Shown: piece after piece, positions 16,624 to 26,546 of the stretch
Position numbering within the stretch: the first letter of the stretch is position 1
Layout: the number at the start of each line of letters is the position of its first letter
From: Dehalococcoidia bacterium
Lineage (GTDB): Bacteria; Chloroflexota; Dehalococcoidia; Lucifugimonadales; QGNO01
Reading direction: 5' to 3'
Length of the DNA stretch: 64,000 bases
NCBI GenBank assembly: GCA_965220545.1
Contig: CBDCQF010000009.1
Span: forward strand, 148,660 to 212,659
Translations under genes and position numbers: made by a program
Notes under the pieces: model-generated
The model's database searches: none
Seen by the model: only the letters and a program-made list of their open reading frames with translations
Told to the model about the DNA's origin: nothing

Positions 16624-17715
16624 ATGAGCTATTTGAATCAGCGGTTGCAGACGCTGCGCGACCTGTTGAAGGAACACAAGCTGGACGGCCTGCTGGTATC
16701 CACTCCTGAGAACCGGCGCTACATATCGGGATTTGCAGATCTGGAAGGAGCCGGCTATCTCCTAATCACCGCAGACCAGGCGTTCCTGGCTACCGAATTC
16801 CACGCCACGGAGGCCGAGCGCGCCACGACCGGGTTCGACGTAGTCGGAATACGTCGAGACCTGAACTGGGTTCCTGGGTTGATATCGGGAAGCGGCGTGG
16901 AGCGCCTGGGCATCGAGGCTGACCACCTGACGGTCTCTTCCAGAGACCAGCTGGCGCAAGCGTTGCGAGAGGACGGCGGGAAGACTGAGGTAGTCTCCAG
17001 CAGTGGCTTGATAGAGGGACTACGGGTGTTCAAGGACCCCGAAGAGTTGAGCACCATGCAGAAGGCCATAGACATCACGGACGGCGCGTTTGAGGCGGTG
17101 TCACCACTGATAGAGCCAGGCTGGACGGAAAGGGAGCTGGCATGGCGGCTAGAGGCGGCGATGCGCGACCGCGGTGGCGACGGCTTGGCATTCCCTACCC
17201 TGATAGGCTCCGGGCCAAACGGCGGCTTTGCAGGGAACATACCAACGGAACGAGTCATCCAAGACGGCGACCCTATAATCATAGACATGGGCGCAACTTA
17301 CCAAGGGTATTGCAGCGACCTGACTCGCACCGTCGCAGTCGGCGAACCGGATGAACGGTTCAAGCGGCTATACAACGCGGTGTACGACTCGCAGAAGAAC
17401 GCCATAGAAAAGGTGAGGCATGGGATTAAGGGCGGTGAAATATACGCCATGCTCACCAAAGTGCTCAGCGAAGCCGGGTTCGGCGAGCATGCCGGGCCCG
17501 CGTTTGGACACAGCATTGGTCTGGAAGTGCATGAAGGGCCGCGCATCCGCTACCAGCACCCCGGCGTCTTTGAAAACGGCATGGCCTTTACCATTGAGCC
17601 CGGTATTTACATACCGGACTTTGGCGGAGCCCGCCTGGAAGATATAGTCTATCTGGAGGACACGGGGGCAAGGGTAATGAGCAAAGCCAAGAAACTCAGC
17701 AAGTTCGGAGTGTAA
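16624..17715 (+). CDS. M24-family Xaa-Pro aminopeptidase/dipeptidase (paralog 2)
   Basis: 363 aa. Same motif set as paralog 1 (IDMGATYQGYCSDLTRT, GHSIGLEVHE, TIEPGIY...GGARLED). Confidence 0.85.
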   Translation: MSYLNQRLQTLRDLLKEHKLDGLLVSTPENRRYISGFADLEGAGYLLITADQAFLATEFHATEAERATTGFDVVGIRRDLNWVPGLISGSGVERLGIEADHLTVSSRDQLAQALREDGGKTEVVSSSGLIEGLRVFKDPEELSTMQKAIDITDGAFEAVSPLIEPGWTERELAWRLEAAMRDRGGDGLAFPTLIGSGPNGGFAGNIPTERVIQDGDPIIIDMGATYQGYCSDLTRTVAVGEPDERFKRLYNAVYDSQKNAIEKVRHGIKGGEIYAMLTKVLSEAGFGEHAGPAFGHSIGLEVHEGPRIRYQHPGVFENGMAFTIEPGIYIPDFGGARLEDIVYLEDTGARVMSKAKKLSKFGV

Positions 17716-17717
17716 GT

Positions 17718-18284
17718 ATGGTCATTGGAGTAGGAGATTTGCGCAGAGGCCTCACCATCGAGCTGGACGGCCAGCCGTATCAAGTCATCGAGCATAGCAC
17801 GCACAAGATGCAACAGCGCGCTCCAGTGGTGAAGCTGAAGCTCAAGGAGCTGCGCAGCGGAAGGTCTATCGAAAGGTCTTACAACGGCTACGATGTCAAG
17901 CTGACCAGGGCCGCGGTGGATCAAAGACTCTCTCAGTACATCTATCAAGACGGTGACATGTACTACTTCATGGATACGGAGAGCTTCGATCAGTTCCCAT
18001 TGACCAGGGAGCAGCTGGGCGATGGCATCAACTACCTTGTAGACCAGATGGAGCTGGAAGTGCTGTTCTTCAAAGAGCAGCCAATAGCGGTGGAACTGCC
18101 CACGTTCGTTGAGCTGGAAGTGACGGATACTCCTCCCGGGGTAAAGGGCGACACAGCTTCCGGAGCCACCAAACCGGCCACGTTGGAGACCGGACTTGCC
18201 GTCAACGTGCCCTTCTTTATAAACATTGGAGATAAGGTACGTGTGGACACTCGCAGCGGCCAGTATCTAGAACGCGCTAGTTGA
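17718..18284 (+). CDS. efp: Translation elongation factor P
   Basis: 188 aa. Contains G....L.GQPY.V.E..H.K.....A.VK.KLK.L..G and a C-terminal GDTASGATKPATLETG...VPFFI..GD...VDTR.G.Y..R. Confidence 0.95.
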   Translation: MVIGVGDLRRGLTIELDGQPYQVIEHSTHKMQQRAPVVKLKLKELRSGRSIERSYNGYDVKLTRAAVDQRLSQYIYQDGDMYYFMDTESFDQFPLTREQLGDGINYLVDQMELEVLFFKEQPIAVELPTFVELEVTDTPPGVKGDTASGATKPATLETGLAVNVPFFINIGDKVRVDTRSGQYLERAS

Positions 18285-19459
18285 TGGCTGTCTACACCGT
18301 TAGCCAGGTCGCGGAATACCTCAGAGATTCGCTGGAAGGCGACCGGAACCTTGCGGACCTCTGGGTTAGCGGCGAAGCCTCCAATCTCTCCCGCTCAGCG
18401 GCCGGCCACTTGTACTTCACCATCAAGGACTCGGAGAGCCAACTGCGCTGCGTGATGTTTCGTCCAACCAGAGAAGCGGACCGTCTCCGGGATGGCACGT
18501 CGGCTATAGTCCACGGACGCGTTTCGATATACCCGGTGCGAGGCGAGCTGCAAATATACGTAGACCTTGTGCAGCCGGCGGGCACTGGGGAACTGCACCT
18601 GCGGTTGGAACGCCTCAAAGCGCAACTGGAAGAAGAGGGGCTCTTTGAACCCACCAGAAAGCGGAGTCTGCCCCCTTTCCCAAACAAGATAGGCGTGGTG
18701 ACCTCTCCCAGTGGCGCCGTATTGCATGACATAGCAACCGTGATCCAAAGGCGGTATCCGCTGGCGGAGCTTGTTGTATCGCCAACGTCCGTACAGGGTG
18801 AACAGGCCGCCCCTGACATCGCGGACGCCCTGAACGAACTGAACCGGCTGCAAGAGATAGACGTAATCATAGTGGCCAGAGGGGGAGGCTCGCTGGAGGA
18901 GTTGTGGGCGTTCAACGAGGAAATTGTAGCGCGGGCCATCTACGCCAGCCGCGCGCCCGTGGTTAGCGCAGTTGGCCATGAGACCGACGTCACCATTGCG
19001 GACCTTGTGGCGGACGTCAGGGCGCCTACACCGTCTGCGGCGGCGGAGATGGCGGCGCCGGACGTGTCGCTCCTTCTTGGTCAGGTCACCGAGTGGCAAC
19101 GCGACATCCTTGCAATAGCCGAGCGGATGTGGTTGGAAAGGCAACGAGACGTGGATTCACTGGTGCAACGGCTCACCATCCGCGGGCCGCAAGTGAGAGA
19201 CAAACAGCAACGCCTGGACGAGATAACTCAAAGCTTGTCCAAGAGCCTGTGGGTGACCCTCAACCTATCCCGGGAACGGTTCCAAGGTCTTGAGCAACAG
19301 CTACGGGCACTTGACCCCAAATCCGTACTGGAACGAGGATACGCTATAGTACAGCGGTCGGACCAGGGCGCTCTGGTCAAGAGCGTGTGGCAGGTTGAAA
19401 AGGATGATGAACTGAAAGTGCGGGTGAGCGATGGTTCGTTCAACGCCCGGGTTAGCTAG
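18281..19459 (+). CDS. xseA: Exodeoxyribonuclease VII large subunit
   Basis: 392 aa. N-terminal OB fold (VSGE.SN.....GH.YFT.KD..SQL.CVMF), IGVVTSPSGA...D, RGGGS.EDLW.FN and a C-terminal coiled coil. Confidence 0.9.
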   Translation: MMAVYTVSQVAEYLRDSLEGDRNLADLWVSGEASNLSRSAAGHLYFTIKDSESQLRCVMFRPTREADRLRDGTSAIVHGRVSIYPVRGELQIYVDLVQPAGTGELHLRLERLKAQLEEEGLFEPTRKRSLPPFPNKIGVVTSPSGAVLHDIATVIQRRYPLAELVVSPTSVQGEQAAPDIADALNELNRLQEIDVIIVARGGGSLEELWAFNEEIVARAIYASRAPVVSAVGHETDVTIADLVADVRAPTPSAAAEMAAPDVSLLLGQVTEWQRDILAIAERMWLERQRDVDSLVQRLTIRGPQVRDKQQRLDEITQSLSKSLWVTLNLSRERFQGLEQQLRALDPKSVLERGYAIVQRSDQGALVKSVWQVEKDDELKVRVSDGSFNARVS

Positions 19460-19529
19460 ATCTCCGGCTCGGGAGCTTTGTGAAGGAACGTTAACGCTGT
19501 AAAATGGCAAGTGCTCGATCCTGACGGCC

Positions 19530-19787
19530 ATGGAAAATCAACCCTCCAACATAGAACATCTCTCTTTTGAAGAGGCTTTCGTCAAGCTGGATGAGACCGT
19601 GCGTGCTCTGGAAGCGGGGGGCGCCACGCTGGAGGAAGCAACAAAACTCTTCGAAGAAGGCATGCGGCTTGCCAGGATATGTCATCAACACCTCAGCGCC
19701 ACTGAACTGAAGATAGCTCATTTGCAACGCTCGTTCGGGGAGCAGATGACGCTCTTGAACAAGGCGGAACCGGAAGCGGATGCTTAA
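19530..19787 (+). CDS. xseB: Exodeoxyribonuclease VII small subunit
   Basis: 85 aa. Contains SFEEAF.KLDE.V..LE.G...LEE....FEEG..L...C pattern and lies directly after xseA. Confidence 0.85.
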   Translation: MENQPSNIEHLSFEEAFVKLDETVRALEAGGATLEEATKLFEEGMRLARICHQHLSATELKIAHLQRSFGEQMTLLNKAEPEADA

Positions 19788-20436
19788 GGCCGACCTTCAC
19801 GTTCACACGGAGTTTTCATTCGATTGCGCAACACCCTTGGAGAAACTGATACAAAGGTGTCTGAAGCAGGACATAGGGTGCCTGGCCGTCACCGACCACA
19901 ACACAATTCAGGGGGCCGTCAAGGTCAAAGAAATGGCCCCGTTCAAGGTTATAGTTGGAGAGGAGATCAAGACCAAGGACGGAGACCTGATAGGCCTTTT
20001 TCTGCAAAAGGAGGTGCCCCCCGGCCTCTCCGCCTTGGAAACGGCGAAGCTGGTCAAGGACCAGGGCGGCCTGGTGTCGCTCCCCCACCCTTTCGACAGA
20101 TTCAGGGGCTCGGTTATGAGTGAGAAGGGAATAGCCGATCTCCTGCCCATGACCGACGTGATAGAGGCGTTCAACGCGCGCAACACCCTGCCAAGCGCCG
20201 ACCGCAGGGCCGGAGAGCTTGCAGCCGCGCACGGGATTGCGATTTGCGCCGTCAGCGATGCGCACTCACTGGGAGAAATAGGTAAGGCTTACACCCTTGT
20301 TCCGGATTTCAGCTACGGTTCCCAGGATTTCCTGGAAGCGCTGCGTCAAGGCACCTTGGTAAGGAGACGCAGCAGCCCTTTGGTGCACCTGATTTCCACC
20401 TACGTGAAGCACAAGAAACGGATGCTGAGGAGATAA
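19780..20436 (+). CDS. PHP-domain metal-dependent phosphoesterase
   Basis: 218 aa. Contains ADLHVHTEFSFDC (HxH), AVTDHNT, and later PHPFD and SDAHS metal-ligand motifs. Confidence 0.75.
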   Translation: MLKADLHVHTEFSFDCATPLEKLIQRCLKQDIGCLAVTDHNTIQGAVKVKEMAPFKVIVGEEIKTKDGDLIGLFLQKEVPPGLSALETAKLVKDQGGLVSLPHPFDRFRGSVMSEKGIADLLPMTDVIEAFNARNTLPSADRRAGELAAAHGIAICAVSDAHSLGEIGKAYTLVPDFSYGSQDFLEALRQGTLVRRRSSPLVHLISTYVKHKKRMLRR

Positions 20437-20438
20437 TC

Positions 20439-21233
20439 TTGCTCAAACTGGGTTGGTTTTCCACAGGGCGCGGAGAGGGGTCACGCAATCTCTTTAGCAC
20501 AGTATCGGAGTACATAGGGAGCGGCTACATCAATGCAGAGATACAGTACGTCTTTTGCAACCGGGAGCCCGGAGAGTACCGGGGCAGCGATCAGTTTCAT
20601 TCGCTGGTGAAGGCAAGCAACATACCGCTGATTACGCTTTCTTCAAGAAGACTCGTAAAGGAACGAAGAGCATCCGGCTTCAACGAGGTGCGTGAGGCCT
20701 TTGACTCCGAGGCAATCAAGCTCCTTGACTCCTTTGACATAGACTTGGCAGTCCTGGCTGGATACATGCTGTTCACGTCGGAGTTGATGTGCCAAAGGCT
20801 GAACATGATCAACCTGCATCCCGCTCCGCCCAATGGCCCGGTAGGCTCCTGGCGGGAGGTCATCTGGGAACTGATCGAGCAGAAGGCGCCCCAGGGAGGC
20901 GTGCAGATCCAGCTGGCCACCATGGACTGGGACCGCGGGCCGGTAATCACGTATTGCACCTTTCCGCTGAGAGGGCCTCTGTTCGATGAGGGCTGGGAGC
21001 TGGCAGACAGCCAATCCATCGACGAACTGAGGTCGTGCCAGGGAGAGGAGTTTCAGCTATTCCAGCAGATAAGGGATGAAAGCACAAAGCGAGAGATACC
21101 CTTAATCATAGAAACCCTCAAAGCCTTAGGCGATGGAGAACTGAAGGTGGCGGATGGCAGCGTAGTGGACAAGGAACACGGCCCGGTTACGGGCCTGTGC
21201 TTGAACAGTCAGATCGACAAATGGCTTAGCTAG
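20439..21233 (+). CDS. Formyltransferase-domain protein (PurN-like core with extra C-terminal region)
   Basis: 264 aa. Contains LAGYM..., MINLHPA (NxHP motif) and a downstream MDWDRGPVI (D.G) motif as in formyl_trans_N. It is longer than canonical PurN, so the exact function is unclear. Confidence 0.6.
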   Translation: MLKLGWFSTGRGEGSRNLFSTVSEYIGSGYINAEIQYVFCNREPGEYRGSDQFHSLVKASNIPLITLSSRRLVKERRASGFNEVREAFDSEAIKLLDSFDIDLAVLAGYMLFTSELMCQRLNMINLHPAPPNGPVGSWREVIWELIEQKAPQGGVQIQLATMDWDRGPVITYCTFPLRGPLFDEGWELADSQSIDELRSCQGEEFQLFQQIRDESTKREIPLIIETLKALGDGELKVADGSVVDKEHGPVTGLCLNSQIDKWLS

Positions 21234-22519
21234 GCCGATTGCTCCCGCTGCTCAGCCAAAACGTAGGATGCGGTAAGGAGCTGTGGCTTCTCCTTGGAAC
21301 GAACGGTATCGGCGTCTATCACGCATTTGGTCACGTTGGATAGAGACGGCAGCTCATACATTATGTCCAGCAGAGATTCTTCCATGATGGTGCGCAGGGC
21401 ACGCGCCCCCGTTTTCCACTTCAGAGCATCTTCGGCAACGGCGTCCAGCGCCTCGGCGGTGAATTCCAACTCAACGTTGTCCAAGCAGAACAGGTAGGTA
21501 TACTGGTTGAGCAAGGAGTTCTTGGGAACGGTGAGAACCTGTATAAGCGCCTCCTTGTCCAAACCTTCCAGGCTGACCACTACCGGCATTCTTCCCACAA
21601 GCTCAGGAATGAAGCCATACTCCAACAGGTCGTCCGTATTGATGTTCTTCAGTATGTCGCCTCTCTGCGCATCGCTTAAGCGCGCTCTATCCGAGTTGAA
21701 TCCCATGGAGCGCGTCCCCCAGGAAATGCGCTTTTCGATAACGTCCTCCATACCTTCAAAAGAGCCCCCGCAGATGAACAGGATGCCTTCCGTATTTATC
21801 TGTATGAACTCCTGATGGGGATGCTTCCTGCCACCCTGTGGAGGGACGTTGGCTATGGTGCCCTCTATGATCTTGAGGAGCGCCTGCTGTACTCCTTCCC
21901 CGGAAACGTCCCGAGTGATTGACGGGTTGGGATTCTTGCGCGCTATCTTGTCTATCTCATCTATGTAGATGATGCCTTTCTCTGCCTTGGCCATGTCGTA
22001 GTCTGCGGCTTGAATCAGGCGGAGCAGTATGTTCTCTACGTCCTCACCCACGTAACCCGCCTCTGTCAAGGAGGTTGCGTCTGCCATGCAGAAGGGGACG
22101 TCAAGGATTCTGGCCAGCGTCTGAGCCAAAAGGGTCTTTCCTGAGCCCGTTGGCCCTACCATTAGGACATTGCTTTTCTCGACCTCTACGGCCTGCCCTA
22201 CCGGAGACTTGCTGGCCAGCCGTTTGTAGTGGTTGTAAACCGCAACACTGAGTATCTTCTTGGCCCTATCCTGGCCTATAACGTACTCATTCAGCAGGCT
22301 GTGCACGTCCTTGGGCAGTAGCGGCTGCACCTCGCCTTGAAGCGAGGTGGATTTCGGCTCCGTTTGTTCGCTGATGATCTGGTCGCATAGCGCAATGCAC
22401 TGATCGCAAATGAATACTTTCTTCTGCCCGGCAATGAGTCTTTCTACTTCCGCCTGCCTCTTACCGCAAAACGAGCATTTGTATTCATTGCCAGGAGTGT
22501 CGCCATTGGAAACAGTCAA
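21230..22519 (-). CDS. clpX: ATP-dependent Clp protease ATP-binding subunit ClpX
   Basis: 429 aa. N-terminal zinc finger CSFCGK...CDQC, Walker A GPTGSGKT, Walker [10 protein letters not shown], and the [12 protein letters not shown] pore region. Confidence 0.95.
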   Translation of the reverse strand: MTVSNGDTPGNEYKCSFCGKRQAEVERLIAGQKKVFICDQCIALCDQIISEQTEPKSTSLQGEVQPLLPKDVHSLLNEYVIGQDRAKKILSVAVYNHYKRLASKSPVGQAVEVEKSNVLMVGPTGSGKTLLAQTLARILDVPFCMADATSLTEAGYVGEDVENILLRLIQAADYDMAKAEKGIIYIDEIDKIARKNPNPSITRDVSGEGVQQALLKIIEGTIANVPPQGGRKHPHQEFIQINTEGILFICGGSFEGMEDVIEKRISWGTRSMGFNSDRARLSDAQRGDILKNINTDDLLEYGFIPELVGRMPVVVSLEGLDKEALIQVLTVPKNSLLNQYTYLFCLDNVELEFTAEALDAVAEDALKWKTGARALRTIMEESLLDIMYELPSLSNVTKCVIDADTVRSKEKPQLLTASYVLAEQREQSA

Positions 22520-22534
22520 TTTGCGCTCCCTACC

Positions 22535-23158
22535 CTACTTTGCGGCCGCTACTTCTCTACCGGCCAGAACTTCATCAACCAGACCGTACTCCTTGGCTTG
22601 ATCGGCATCCAGGTAGTAATCACGGTCCGTGTCTTGGGCAATCTTCTCAACGGTTTGGCCGGTGTTGTTAGCCAAAATGGTGCGTATCTTGTCCTGCATA
22701 CGCAGGATCTCGCGCGCCGCTATCTCAATATCGGAGGCCTGACCCTGTGCGCCGCCCATGGGTTGGTGCATGTGCACCGTGGCGTTGGGAAGCGTGTACC
22801 TCTTCCCTTTCACCCCGGCGCTAAGCAGCACCGTGGCCATGCTTGCCGCCATTCCCACGCATATAGTGGATACGTCCGCACGAACCATCTGCATGGTGTC
22901 GTGGATAGCAAGCCCCGCGCTGATCACACCTCCGGGGCTATTGATATACAGGTTGATGTCCTTCTCCGGATCCTCCCTATCCAGATAAAGAAGCTGGGCA
23001 ACAATCAGATTGGCAACAGAGTCGTTTATTGGCGTACCCAGGAAAACTATCCTCTCCCTGAGCAACAGCGAATAAATGTCGAAAGCCCTCTCTCCCCTGG
23101 AAGAGCTCTCCACAACCATGGGGATTATGTTCTCAAAATCACCCGGACGATACAGCAT
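22535..23158 (-). CDS. clpP: ATP-dependent Clp protease proteolytic subunit
   Basis: 207 aa. Contains [23 protein letters not shown], catalytic Ser in GMAASM, and HQP.GG.QGQA.D. Confidence 0.95.
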   Translation of the reverse strand: MLYRPGDFENIIPMVVESSSRGERAFDIYSLLLRERIVFLGTPINDSVANLIVAQLLYLDREDPEKDINLYINSPGGVISAGLAIHDTMQMVRADVSTICVGMAASMATVLLSAGVKGKRYTLPNATVHMHQPMGGAQGQASDIEIAAREILRMQDKIRTILANNTGQTVEKIAQDTDRDYYLDADQAKEYGLVDEVLAGREVAAAK

Positions 23159-23209
23159 TTGGTCTCACCTCCTGAATCTCAGCTTTCTATATGTTTTATA
23201 CATTGTTCG

Positions 23210-24505
23210 CTACGTCTCTCCATGCTCTCCCCTGGCAACTTCAACCAATCTCTGCAGAGCCTTGCGCCTGATCAATACCTGTTCCAGGGATTCTCTACTG
23301 TCGTCACTTTCAAGGTTGCTCCGTAAGCTTTCGGGTTGATTAGGTCCAGCGGAATCTAGCAGGCGTTCTATCTCCTCCTCGATTTCCTCCGGCGAGACCG
23401 TTATACCCTCCAGTTCCGCGACTTTCCCTATGGCGTAAGTGCGCTTTAGCCTAGCTTCGGCAGCCTGTTTCAACTCCTCGCGATGCTCATCACCACTCTT
23501 ACCCACGACCTGAAGATACTGCTCCACACTGACCTGCTGCCGGCGCAGAGCCTGCTCCTCATTTTGAAGCATATGGCCAACTTCATGGTCAACCATTAGT
23601 GGCGATAGGTCTATTTGAGCCTTCTCCAGAAGCTTCTCAAACACCTGATTCTCATACAGATCCTGAGTCTCCAGCTCTCGCCGAGCAAGGAAATCATCTC
23701 TGAGCTTCTTTGTCAGCGTCTCCAGATTATCGTATCCCTCACCCACGCCTTTGGCGAATTCATCGTCAAGTTCAGGCAGGGTCTTGGCCTTTATCTCATG
23801 GATGGTGACGCTGAATTCGACCTCTTTTCCAGCCAGGTTGCTATCCGGATAGTCCGCAGGCATGGATATGGCGAACTCCTTAGTTTCCTGGCTATTGATG
23901 CCCACCAACTGTTGAGGGAAGCCAGCTACGGGGCTGACGTTTTCCTCCATAACCATGTAGACCACGTCATCTTGCTTAGTGATTTCTTTTCCATCCAGGT
24001 TAGCTTTGATATCCAAAGTAACCTGGTCGCCCATGTCAACGGGACGGTCGACCGGTTCCCAGGGGGCTGTATCTCGCCGCAGGAGGTCCAGGAGAGTGTT
24101 GATTTCCTCTTCACTAACTACCACCGGTTCAACCGGAACGCGGATTTCGCGGTATGCATCCAGCACCACTTCCGGAGCAATGGGAACCGCCGCCTTGATC
24201 ACGATCGGCTCTCGCTGAAGCAACTGGACTTGGGGGATGCTGGCTTGCTTTACGCCTTGTTCCTCTACGGCTCTCTGTACAATTTCAGGGAGCATCAGAT
24301 CCAGGGCGTCGTCTTCCAGGGAGTGGCGACCTACGAACCGTTCCAGTACGGCTCTAGGGGCTTTACCTTTGCGGAACCCGGGAATGTTGACCCTACCTAC
24401 CACGCGCTGATAGGCGCGCTGCAGGTACGGCTCAATGTCCTCTTCCTCAACTTCTATGTTGAGGGAAACCTCGCTGTGTTCTAAATCTTCTCTTGTAACC
24501 TTCAA
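23210..24505 (-). CDS. tig: Trigger factor
   Basis: Contains the ...KVTREDLEHSEVSLNIEVEEE... N-domain with the GFRKGKAPR ribosome-binding motif, plus a PPIase-like middle and a C-terminal domain. The track start 24571 adds 22 non-conserved residues. I prefer the in-frame TTG at 24505, preceded by GAGAGGA. Confidence 0.85.
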   Translation of the reverse strand: MKVTREDLEHSEVSLNIEVEEEDIEPYLQRAYQRVVGRVNIPGFRKGKAPRAVLERFVGRHSLEDDALDLMLPEIVQRAVEEQGVKQASIPQVQLLQREPIVIKAAVPIAPEVVLDAYREIRVPVEPVVVSEEEINTLLDLLRRDTAPWEPVDRPVDMGDQVTLDIKANLDGKEITKQDDVVYMVMEENVSPVAGFPQQLVGINSQETKEFAISMPADYPDSNLAGKEVEFSVTIHEIKAKTLPELDDEFAKGVGEGYDNLETLTKKLRDDFLARRELETQDLYENQVFEKLLEKAQIDLSPLMVDHEVGHMLQNEEQALRRQQVSVEQYLQVVGKSGDEHREELKQAAEARLKRTYAIGKVAELEGITVSPEEIEEEIERLLDSAGPNQPESLRSNLESDDSRESLEQVLIRRKALQRLVEVARGEHGET

Positions 24506-24613
24506 GAAAGGTCCTCTCAAGCGATTGCTGACATAACGTGTGCCGCTCTCTTGATGAGCGGCACACGTCACAACCTAATGAAGCGTACACTATCGATTAT
24601 AGCACGGCCTCAA

Positions 24614-26428
24614 CTATGGGGAAGGAGGTCTTGGCCTGTCCGCTATTCTAAGGTGGAGCTCTTCAAGTTGCTGCGAACTGACCGGAGCCGGGGTGTTGAA
24701 CAGGGGGTCCATGCCGCTCTGCGTCTTTGGAAATGCTATAACGTCACGTATGGATTCAGCGTGGTCTGAGAGCAACGTGACCAACCGATCTATCCCCGGG
24801 GCTATGCCGCCGTGAGGCGGCGCGCCGAACTCCAAGGCGCCCAATAGCTGGCCGAAGCGTTCCTCCAACTGCTCATCCGTATACCCCAGGAATCGCATGA
24901 TTCGCTCCTGCTTTTCCCTGTTGTGAATGCGGATGCTTCCGCTGGCCAGCTCCAGGCCGTTGCACACCAGGTCGTAGTGCCTGGCTCTCATACTTCCGGG
25001 GTCTTTGTCAAGCAAGTCCCAGTGCTCCTGCCGGGGAGACGTGAACAAATGATGGGACGGCGCCCAGTCTTCGGTCTCGTCGTCCCATTCAAAGAGGGGG
25101 AAGTCCGTTATGAAGGCAAAGGCAAGGACGGTTGGGTCCACCAGATCCAAACGGCGCCCCATCTCCTCCCGCAACTGCGACAAAGCGGTATTGGTTGTCC
25201 TGACCGGCCCCGCCACCATAAAGATGAGGTCTCCCGGACTGGCTCCGGTGCGCCCGGCCATCTCCCTTACCTGCTCTATGGTGAGGAACCTGGCCAATGG
25301 AGAGCGTATATGGTCAATTGTCATGTCGTCCAAGCTGGCGGCTTCTTCAGACAGCGCTATGGTAAGCAGTCCTTTTGCCCCTCTGGTTTGGACAAAGGAG
25401 AGCAAGTCGTCTATCTCACGGCGGGAGTAGGAGGCGCAACCCGGCGCGGCAAACGCCTTGGCTATTCCGCCGGACTGAACGGCGTCTCTGAGCAACTGCG
25501 ACTCCGACTGGCGGGCTATGTCGGTCAAATCCGTCAGCTCCATCTTGAACCTGATGTCCGGCTTGTCAGTCCCGTACTTCTCCATAACGTCGTCGTAGCG
25601 GAGGCGAGGAAACGGCCCTGTGGTGCGACGGTTGTGGGCCACTTTGTCGACTATTTCCGTGTAAAGCTCTTCGATGAGGTTGGTAACGTCGTTCTCGTCC
25701 ACAAAGCTCATCTCCAGATCCAGCTGGGTATGCTCATATTGGCGGTCGCCTCTAGGATCTTCGTCTCTGAAGCAACGAGCTATCTGGAAATAGCGCTCGA
25801 AGCCGGAGACCATGAGAAGCTGCTTCAACTGCTGTGGAGACTGCGGCAAGGCGTAGAAGCTGCCCGGATTCAGGCGGCTGGGGACAAGGAAATCGCGGGC
25901 TCCTTCCGGGGTGCTCTTGATTAGAATCGGCGTCTCTATCTCAATGAAGTCCCTAGCGTCCAGGAAATCTCGGATGTACTGAACCACTCGATGCCGCAGC
26001 ACTATGTTGTCGTGCATGTGGGCCGTGCGCAGATCAAGGTAGCGGTACTGCAACCTCAACAGCTCATCTACCTGCCCGTCTTCCGCAATCTCAAACGGCG
26101 GCGTCTTCGACTGGTTCAGCACCTCCGCCTTTGTCGCGTATACCTCTATCTCGCCCGTGGCTATGTTAGGGTTCTCGGAGCCTGCCGGGCGCTGTCTAAC
26201 GTCACCCTCCACCAGGACTACCCATTCACTGCGAAGGGATCCAGCGACCCTGTGGGCTTCGGGGACATCCTCAGGATTGAACACCACCTGAACAATACCC
26301 TTGCTGTCCCGCAGGTCTATGAATATAAGGCCACCGTGATCACGGCGACGGTGTACCCATCCTGCCAGCGTTACTCTCGAGCCAACATGGCTTTTTCTCA
26401 GATCACCACAGGAAATACTTTTCAGCAA
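24614..26428 (-). CDS. aspS: Aspartate--tRNA ligase (bacterial type)
   Basis: 604 aa. N-terminal OB fold (V.LAGWV.RRRDHGGLIFIDLRD), class II motifs (FRDEDPRGDRQ.EHTQLD; GSIRIH) and the GAD insertion domain. Confidence 0.95.
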   Translation of the reverse strand: MLKSISCGDLRKSHVGSRVTLAGWVHRRRDHGGLIFIDLRDSKGIVQVVFNPEDVPEAHRVAGSLRSEWVVLVEGDVRQRPAGSENPNIATGEIEVYATKAEVLNQSKTPPFEIAEDGQVDELLRLQYRYLDLRTAHMHDNIVLRHRVVQYIRDFLDARDFIEIETPILIKSTPEGARDFLVPSRLNPGSFYALPQSPQQLKQLLMVSGFERYFQIARCFRDEDPRGDRQYEHTQLDLEMSFVDENDVTNLIEELYTEIVDKVAHNRRTTGPFPRLRYDDVMEKYGTDKPDIRFKMELTDLTDIARQSESQLLRDAVQSGGIAKAFAAPGCASYSRREIDDLLSFVQTRGAKGLLTIALSEEAASLDDMTIDHIRSPLARFLTIEQVREMAGRTGASPGDLIFMVAGPVRTTNTALSQLREEMGRRLDLVDPTVLAFAFITDFPLFEWDDETEDWAPSHHLFTSPRQEHWDLLDKDPGSMRARHYDLVCNGLELASGSIRIHNREKQERIMRFLGYTDEQLEERFGQLLGALEFGAPPHGGIAPGIDRLVTLLSDHAESIRDVIAFPKTQSGMDPLFNTPAPVSSQQLEELHLRIADRPRPPSP

Positions 26429-26546
26429 TTGTCGTCACCTCCAGCGTTGCAAACTGATTATAAGAAGGTCTCAACTGTGATTCAATGGACAAACTCCCTT
26501 TGTAAGCACTACGATAAGCCAGGCACCAACAAAAGAGGGGTAAAAT

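Noticed and set aside
23615-25924. Long plus-strand ORFs (23615-24484, 289 aa; 24923-25924, 333 aa) opposite tig and aspS
   Set aside because: They lie entirely antisense to genes with unmistakable family signatures. Their translations are low-complexity and Arg/Gly/Val-rich, with no recognisable motifs. These are typical shadow ORFs of GC-rich DNA.
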